A stretch of DNA of 64,000 nucleotides from Octopus vulgaris (Eukaryota): positions 217,310,001-217,374,000 of the forward strand of contig OX597814.1 of NCBI GenBank assembly GCA_951406725.2, read 5' to 3'. Shown here one piece after another: positions 56,109 through 64,000 of this stretch. The notes under the pieces are model-generated. The model searched no databases. It had not been told where the DNA came from and worked only from the letters and a program-made list of their open reading frames with translations. The number at the start of each line of letters is the position of its first letter. Within the stretch, counting starts at the first letter, position 1. Both the position numbers and the translations under genes were made by a program.

Positions 56109-56262
<154 letters not shown>

Positions 56263-56412
56263 GTGAAATAGAAAGATGAATAATCTTGTAGTAGATTAAT
56301 CAAAAGTTTAACCGATACCTTAGTAGCAAAAATCACAGCAGTAAAACAGCACGGTTGGAGGTACAACCATATGGTGTTGCAACCGTGCGTTGGTGCGGAT
56401 AATTGAAATTAG

Positions 56413-57353
56413 AACATTATTGGTGAATTGAAGAAATGGAGCTGAACGCAGATTGAACAGAAATCGTTTTATTTCATTCTACACGTGTTTCGAAAGGCAC
56501 AAATTACCAAAATCCGATGGAATAATGGGACCATATTGTGTCTTTCTCTTCAGGAAGAAAATAGGAAATCCGTTGGAAAAACAAAAACAGAACAGAGGCG
56601 GAGCAAAAACAAATCGAACTATGCTCCTAAGAGCCCATGGCGAAACTGTTTATCAGTGTATGTTGAGAACCGGTGGCTGAAGAATTCAACGGGTCAAGCA
56701 TCGGTCAATCATGTGGGTGAGGGTGCGTAGATGTTCTTTGTGACCGAGAATAAAGTTCTGACTATTTAAAGAATATTGGATGTTTTATAAGGGGCGAGAA
56801 AAAATCTACTTAGAGACGTGTGTGTGTGTATACTGTTCTATATATGTGTGTGTTGGCGTAGGGGTAGAAAACATTTTTTGTGTACGTGTGTGCGTTTGAT
56901 CGTTCGGCTGTCAGTGGCTACTGCCGTGATAACCGTTGGGTGGCAGAAAAAAAAAAAATATATATATATATATCATGTTTTATGTGTGTGTGTGTTCATC
57001 TAAGCCTGCCTTGTCAAGGAAACCCCCCGCTGTGAAAAAACCAAGCCCCGTTTGTCTTACAGGAGTAATTCCCCTTGCAGTGGTTAATCGTAGATATCTT
57101 AAAGGCTATTTCAGAATTTGTTACCAAGGAGCATTGTTAGGAGCATAGTTCGATTTGTTTTTGCTCCGCCTCTGTTCTGTTTTTGTTTTTCCAACGGATT
57201 TCCTATTTTCTTCCTGAAGAGAAAGACACAATATGGTCCCATTATTCCATCGGATTTTGGTAATTTGTGCCTTTCGAAACACGTGTAGAATGAAATAAAA
57301 CGATTTCTGTTCAATCTGCGTTCAGCTCCATTTCTTCAATTCACCAATAATGT

Positions 57354-57354
<1 letters not shown>
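56413..57354. mobile_element. Young inverted-repeat module: 218-bp arms (56413-56630 / 57137-57354), each with a hammerhead
   Basis: Arms appear identical (both give the same 60-aa translation); right arm ends at (TA)n. Confidence 0.88.
57205..57297 (+). ncRNA. Type-I hammerhead ribozyme motif, canonical core (mirror copy at about 56470-56562 on -)
   Basis: TTC-CTGAAGA-GAAAGACACAA...TTGTGCCTTTC-GAAA-CACGTG-TA-GAA. Confidence 0.8.
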
Positions 57355-57403
<49 letters not shown>

Positions 57404-57433
57404 TGTATGTATGTATGTATGTATATGTATATG

Positions 57434-57544
<111 letters not shown>

Positions 57545-57834
57545 CTGTATTAACGCCAAGTAGTGTTTAGACATAAACGAACTTTAAGTTAATTAAAATA
57601 TGTCTGTGAGATATTTCAACTTCTAAAGCAGTTACTGCAGTTACCGCGGAGGAAAAGTTCTCTCTTCTGTTAAAAAGGTGTGAAAACACCATATCTGTCC
57701 AGTGTTGCCCCCTGTCGGATTCCCAGATGCGTTTCTGGCTCATTAGTGGAAAAGAGGTAACTCTAGACAGAATTAACGCCGTGGCGCTAACTAAAACGAA
57801 GTCAACAACATTGACTGAATTGTCTAGTTAGTCT

Positions 57835-57927
57835 GCATTTTCAACTATAGCCTCGAACCGACCAAAGCCTTGAGAGTGCATTTGGTAGACAGAAACTGAA
57901 AGAAGCTCGTCGTATATAAATATATGC

Positions 57928-57958
<31 letters not shown>

Positions 57959-58167
57959 TGTGTTTCTGTACGTGTCCCCGCACAAACATCGCTTGACGGG
58001 CGATGCTGCTGTGTTTGCGTCCCCGTAGCTTAGCGGTTCGGCAAAAGGAGACTGATAGAATAAGTATTAGGCTTACAAAGAATAAGTCCTGGTGTCGATT
58101 TGTTCGACTAAATGCAGTGTTCCAGCATGGCCGCAGTCAAACCACTGAAACAAGTAAAAGAATAAAA

Positions 58168-58170
<3 letters not shown>
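57835..58170 (+). mobile_element. SINE family B, 5'-truncated
   Basis: Body and tail motifs. Confidence 0.85.
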
Positions 58171-58239
<69 letters not shown>

Positions 58240-58244
58240 CTTTA

Positions 58245-58604
58245 TATATAAAATAGAAGTTGTGTGTCTGTCTCCTACGATTTAGATTCCTAACTACTCC
58301 CACATTTTGCGGTGCAGTTTAATCAAAACCGGGTATCTTATAGTCGTGATTCATATCGAGCCCTTCTGGGTATTAGCGCGCGTCTACGATGAGTTTACGA
58401 TCTAAAAAAAAATTTACCATCATTTTTTTCCATTTTAATGCATATTATATAAGGGAAGTAACTCTCTAAAAATGTCTACGATGAGTCAACGATTTAAAAA
58501 AAATTTACCATCATTTTTTTGCTATTTTTTGGCTATAACTCTCTAAAAATGCTTATATAGTTATTTCCCTTACAAACCCGAGCAACGCCGGGCGATACTG
58601 CTAT
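58245..58604 (+). mobile_element. Non-autonomous Helitron (same family as 30739-31236)
   Basis: Shared 5' and 3' sequence, CCCGAGCAACGCCGGG hairpin. Confidence 0.8.
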
Positions 58605-58799
58605 TCATTTATATATATATATATATTAGATAACGAATTAAAAGATACAAACACTATCATCGGCTGCATATACATAGCGTATGTGCTTTGTTTAAACGCT
58701 CATTTACTACGGGATAGCGTCCGGGGAAAGCACGTTCATTGATGTCGACTATGTGTGTGTGAATGTATGTGTGTGCGTGCGTGTGTATATACATATATG

Positions 58800-60142
58800 T
58801 AGCTGCTTGACTCAGCTCCTACAACACTATGACTGGGTGCTGAAACGACTGCTCAACTATTCAAATGTGGAAGTGATATATCTCGACTTTGCAAAGGCCT
58901 TTGATAAAGTCAATCATGGAATGATATGTCACAAACTGCGTGATCTTGGCATAGTTGGAAAATTGGGAGAATGGCTTCATGACTTTCTGAAGGATAGAAG
59001 TCAGGTGGTAGTAGCCAACTTCCATTATCACGCAAATAGTGAGCGGTGTTCCGCAAGGCACTGTTTTGGGACCACTACTGTTCATAATGGCCCTCTCAGA
59101 CATGCCCTCAGCCACGCAGAGAGCCACGACCACAAGTTATGCAGATGATACAAAAGTTTCACAGGCAATACAGAACCCTGAAGACACTAAGCACCTGCAA
59201 TGTGAGCTGGACAAAATATACAAGTGGGCTGAAAAGAATAGCATGCAGTTCAATGCTGAAAAGTTTCAAGCTTTATACTATCAGCATGCAAAACTTAATG
59301 CAATACCCAATAAATACACTGGACCTGGAGGGATTGCAATCCCAGAGGCACAATCAGTGCGCGATCTGGGTATTTACACGAGTGGTGATGCAACCTTTCA
59401 TGTGCATGTTGCTAAATTGGCAATGATATGTAGGCGGCTGACCGGATGGATTCTTAGAACCTTTAGAACAAGAGACCAGGAAACTATGATGGTCCTCTGG
59501 AGGACACTTGTCCTAAGCCACTTTGACTATTGCTCACAGCTATGGTCACCATCCAGTGTCAAGTTGATCACAGAACTTGAGGCGATCCAACGAAGCTACA
59601 CGAAGAAGATAGCCTCTGTGCAGCATATAAGCTACTGGAAAAGACTCAAGAGATTAAGACTCTATTCCTTAGAGCGTAGGCGAGATAGATATGCCATAAT
59701 ATACATCTAGAAGATCCTAGAAAGACTTGACCCAAAATTTGGCATCGAGAGTTGCACAAATGCTAGGACTGGGCGCCACTGCATGGTGCCAAGGACTCCA
59801 AATTTTCCATCAAGATGTAGGACAAGATACTGTGATAGCCTGGGCTTCCGAGGCCCACAGCTCTTCAATATCCTCCCGAAGAACCTGAGAGACCTGCATG
59901 GGGTGGATGCAGATGTCTTTAAAATAAAACTGGATCTCTTCCTGTCAGGTGTCCCAGATGAACCAACTTCACGACAGGAGGTGCAGATGAGGGCAGCTGC
60001 ATCGAACTCTCTCATGCACCAAATGGCAGTTGCTAAAAAGCATTCGTGAAGTAAAATCATGTAGCAACACCAAATGGCGGTGCCCCAGCATGGCCACAGC
60101 CCGGGAGCTGAAACTAGATAAAATAAAATAAATAAAATAAAA
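58800..60142 (+). mobile_element. 5'-truncated CR1/L2-group LINE (RT pseudogene + 3' UTR)
   Basis: IYLDFAKAFDKV, SGVPQGTVLGPLLF, YADD, DLGI, LEAIQR..YSLERRR; frameshift near 59020, stop at 59710; (TAAAA)n tail. Confidence 0.92.
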
Positions 60143-60149
60143 AAATATA

Positions 60150-60577
60150 TTCTTTTATTCTTTTATTCCTTTATTCTTTTACTTGTTGCAGTCATTTGAC
60201 TGCGGCCATGATGGAGCACCGCTTTTAGTCGAGCAAATCGACCCCAGGACTTATTCTTTGTAAGCCTAGCACTTATTCTATCGGTCTGTTTTGCCGAACC
60301 GCTAAGTTACGGGGTGGTAAACACACCAACATCGGTTGTCAAGCGATGTCAGAGGGATAAACACAGACACACAAACATATACACGCATACATAGATATAC
60401 GATGGGCTTCTTTCAGTTTCCGTCTACCAAATCCACTCACAAGGCTTTGGTCGGCCCGAAGCTATAGTAGAAGACAAGTGCCTAAGGTTCCACGCAATGG
60501 GACTGAACCCAGAACCATGTGGCTGGTAAGCAAGCTACTTACCACACAGCCACTCCTGCGCCTATAAATATATTTAC

Positions 60578-60635
<58 letters not shown>

Positions 60636-61180
60636 TTATATACATATATATATATGTATACATGCACAAACATATAATATATATGTACATATGTATGTAT
60701 GTGTGTGTATATACATATATATATACATATACACACACACATATTTATATATATATATAGAGAGAGAGAGTGGCTGTGTGGTAAGTAGCTTGCTAACCAG
60801 CCACATGGTTCCGGGTTCAGTCCCACTGCGTGGCATCTTGGGCAAGTGTCTTCTGCTATAGCCTCGGGCCGACCAATGCCTTGTGAGTGGATTTGGTAGA
60901 CAGAAACTGAAAGAAGCCTGTCGTATATATGTATATATATATGTATGTGTGTGTATATGTTTGTGTGTCTGTGTTTGTCCCCCCTAGCATTGCTTGACAA
61001 CCGATGCTGGTGTGTTTATGTCCCCGTTACTTAGCGGTTCGGCAAAAAGAGACCGATATAATAAGTACTGGGCTTACAAAAGAATAAGTCCCGGGGTCGA
61101 GTTGCTTGATTAAAGGCGGTGCTCCAGCATGGCCGCAGTCAAATGACTGAAACAAGTAAAAGAGTAAAAGAGCAAAAGAG
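60150..61180. mobile_element. Head-to-head pair of SINE family B (60150-60562 minus; 60768-61180 plus)
   Basis: Two copies separated by a TA/TG microsatellite. Confidence 0.9.
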
Positions 61181-61321
61181 TATATATATATATATATATA
61201 CATATACACTTATATATATATAAAACATTTAACATTATCGTGGCAATGACTTAATACCTCTTCTATGGGTATTCGCTACCATATGCTATCCTAAAGGTTG
61301 AATTATCCCTTAACTCGATAT

Positions 61322-61530
61322 ACCTAGCAGAATCGTTAGCGCGCCGAGCAAAATGCGTAGCCGTATTTCATCCGTCTTTAAGTTCCGAGTTCAAATGTTG
61401 CCGAAGTTTACTTTGCCTTTCACACTTTCGGGTCGATGAAATAAGCACCAGTTGAGTACGGGTGTCGATGTAATTGAATTGGCGCCTTCCTCCAAATTAC
61501 TGGCCTATTGCCGAAATTCGAAACCAAAAT
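61322..61530 (+). mobile_element. SINE family C
   Basis: GCAGAATCGTTAGCGCGCCG head and core. Confidence 0.8.
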
Positions 61531-61651
61531 TCATCCTCAATTATGTATATTTAGCTCCATATATACATGTTCATACCCTAGACCCTAAATTGTACAAGTA
61601 TTTTACATGTACATATGTGAGTACACACACACACACACACACACAACACAC

Positions 61652-61715
<64 letters not shown>

Positions 61716-61747
61716 ATCAAAATAAGCAACAAGGATATCCAAAGTTA

Positions 61748-61837
61748 GTGTAGTACAATCGTTTCATGCTACTTCATTTAATTAAACAATGTAAGTATTA
61801 CATTAGTTTTAAAATTTAGAGCACTCATCAGCCATAT
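61748..61837 (-). ncRNA. Type-I hammerhead-like motif
   Basis: Minus strand: TGG-CTGATGA-GTGCT...AGCAT-GAAA-CGATTG-TA-CTA; about 35 bp from a (TA)n tract. Confidence 0.62.
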
Positions 61838-62321
61838 ATGGAATTTAAAAAAAATTAAATTGACAATGTTCATTTTTCTACTTAATTCCATTTGCCAACA
61901 TTACAAAGAGGAGAGGTATATATATATATATATTCTAACATTCATATGTATATATGAATCTAATATTCATAACGATTCTCGTCTTTGATGAAAATCCGCG
62001 AGCTTCTTCATATATCTGTATATAACAATACCTGCGTCGTCAGAGTACCACAACTTATATTCACAAGGAACTAAACGTACCTCTACTTAGTAGTGAGATG
62101 GAAAAACTTTTAACGTTCTATTCGCGGAGCTGCCGATATTTCTACTGCATGCTCTGTATGTCTAAAAGGAAAAATAAATACATTTCGGCAAATAATAAAT
62201 TTTGGCAAACCTCTCTTTTTCTTACGATCAAATTGTAAACGAAGTCTGGTGATGGAGAAAGAATGCGTTATTAGTGTTGTTTTAGTATGAAGGGATTGTT
62301 GATACCCACCAACACCAATAA

Positions 62322-62557
62322 ATACCTATTTTTTTACTACCCACAAGGGGCTAAACACAGAAGGGACAAACAAGGACAGACAAACGGATTAAGTCGATTA
62401 TATCGACCCCAGTGCGTAACTTGTACTTATTTAATCAACCCCGGAAGGATGAAAGGCAAAGTCGACCTCGGCGGAATTTGAACTCAGAACGTATCGGCAG
62501 ACGAAATACCGCAAAGCATTTCGCCCGGCGTGCTAACGACTCTGCCAGCTCGCTGCC
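62322..62557 (-). mobile_element. SINE family C variant with an L1/Tx1-like tail
   Basis: Full head and core; tail TGTCCCTTCTGTGTTTAGCCCCTTGTGGGTAGTAAAAAAATA. Confidence 0.85.
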
Positions 62558-63333
62558 ATTCAATAAATACCATCATCATTTTCATCATCATCATCGTCGT
62601 CATCATAAACACTGCACTTTATACAGTAACAACATCGCTGACCATTCCTTTCTCCACTAACATCACCACCGTCACCTTTTTCTTTTAAACTTTGTTTATA
62701 GTTTTATCATAAGAATAGAGAAAATACATTAAATATCGATCAATGGTGTCCTACAGGTGTTTTAAGGGTTGCAAGTTCGATTCTTCAGTAGAGATTCACT
62801 TTAATTGAAATGTTACTATGACGCTCAACCCGTAGAAAGCATTTGGGTCTGCCTCAAGTGAGGAACAGCAGTGGCACACTGTGTCGTCCATTTTGCTTGT
62901 TTTTTTTTTTTGTTTTTAAAAGTTATGGCGTCGTTTAAGAAAGATTTGGCTGTTATGTCTAGCAGATCGAGAGACCGACCTTTTCTTGTTGACCCTTTAT
63001 ATATTATCTTACAGCCGTGTTCTCATGGAGATTGACAGTTGCATCTTCTGGTATGTCAGCAATGGAGGTTTCCACTGGTTAAAATTGCTTAATTTTAAAT
63101 GCTCTTAACTTTTCCTGTATCAATTTCAAGAAAAAAGGAATGTAATTTCCGTCATCAGCATCCAGAACTACGACGCTGACGAAAATTTCAAAAAAGTATC
63201 AAAATTCGAAATACTTCAAATGATCAGAAGAATTCTTTTAAAAATTCTGGTGCTACCAAAATAATTACTAAATATTGAATTGTTTCGACATTCCTAATTG
63301 AATAAATATGCCTCTTTTAAAAATGAACATTTA

Positions 63334-63908
63334 GGCGCAGACATGCGCTTCGCAACCACATGTAGTGGGGTTCAGTCCCACTGCGTAGCATCTTAGGTAA
63401 GTGTGTTCTAATACAACCCCGTAACAACTGATACGTTCTGGGAGTGAGGCGGATGGACTAAGTCCCAGACATTAAAAAAAGATACTAAGTACTGGCGTTG
63501 ATCTGTTCGTCTAAACCAGGGCTGGCCAACCTGATAACGCGGGCCGCATGCGGCCCGAAGACTTTTATCTTGCGGCCCACTTAATACTCTCTTGAAATAT
63601 TGTGTTTAATTTCAAAATAAAATTGTTTGTCTAAAACATTTGTTTAGAAAAAATTTTCAATTTATAAGTGGCAATAAAGCAATAGCCTACAATTTTATAA
63701 TTTTAAACAAATGAAAAGTATGAAAAATTCTTGATTCTGCAATTTGATTATTTGACTATTAGTGCATAAAGTATTCAAGCGGCCCTCAAAAAACTTTCTG
63801 TGGTTAAAGTGGCCCGCAATGTAATTCGAGTTGGCAAGGCGTGGTCTAAACCTTTCAAAGTAGGACGCCAACATGGCTACAATTCAATGACTGAAACAAG
63901 TGAAAGAA
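63334..63908 (+). mobile_element. Diverged SINE family B interrupted by a hAT MITE
   Basis: Head GGCGCAG..GGGTTCAGTCCCACTGCG, tail ATGACTGAAACAAGTGAAAG. Confidence 0.7.
63517..63843. mobile_element. hAT (Charlie-like) MITE with 8-bp TSD GTCTAAAC
   Basis: CAGGGCTGGCCAAC / GTTGGCAAGGCGTG ends, GCGGCCC subterminal motifs, TSD at 63509-63516 and 63844-63851. Confidence 0.9.
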
Positions 63909-64000
63909 TAACAATATAACAATAAAGGATTATGGCGCAGATTGTTAATGTCTGCCTTAAGGATATGATGTGTGTGGGGGGGAGCGGTTTCCTTCTCTTT

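Noticed and set aside
56622-56670. Extra hammerhead CCTAAGA-GCC..GGC-GAAA
   Set aside because: Core lacks the G, stem I is poor, and the cleavage triplet would end in G.

Overview
Eukaryotic, gene-poor and repeat-saturated DNA. The SINE families and microsatellite load point to an octopus (coleoid cephalopod) genome; this is an inference. I can support no intact host gene, and most ORFs in the track are microsatellite or SINE translation artefacts. The window holds: (1) many copies of three abundant tRNA-headed SINE families plus CORE-type and Meta-type SINEs that swap 3' tails, two of which match LINE 3' ends in the same window; (2) a cluster at 11-24 kb of R4/Dong-clade, restriction-like-endonuclease retrotransposons, all on the + strand inside (TAA)n tracts; (3) Penelope-like elements (RT + GIY-YIG) and about a dozen type-I hammerhead-ribozyme-like motifs in short, often inverted-repeat modules abutting (TA)n, including a family with a conserved non-canonical CUGUNGA core; (4) Helitron remnants, mariner/Tigger/pogo/maT and hAT transposons or MITEs, and CR1-like, RTE-like and L1/Tx1-like LINE ends. 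The best candidate for an undescribed system is the set of microsatellite-associated, hammerhead-bearing non-autonomous modules. All motifs and coordinates were read by eye, so element ends are approximate.
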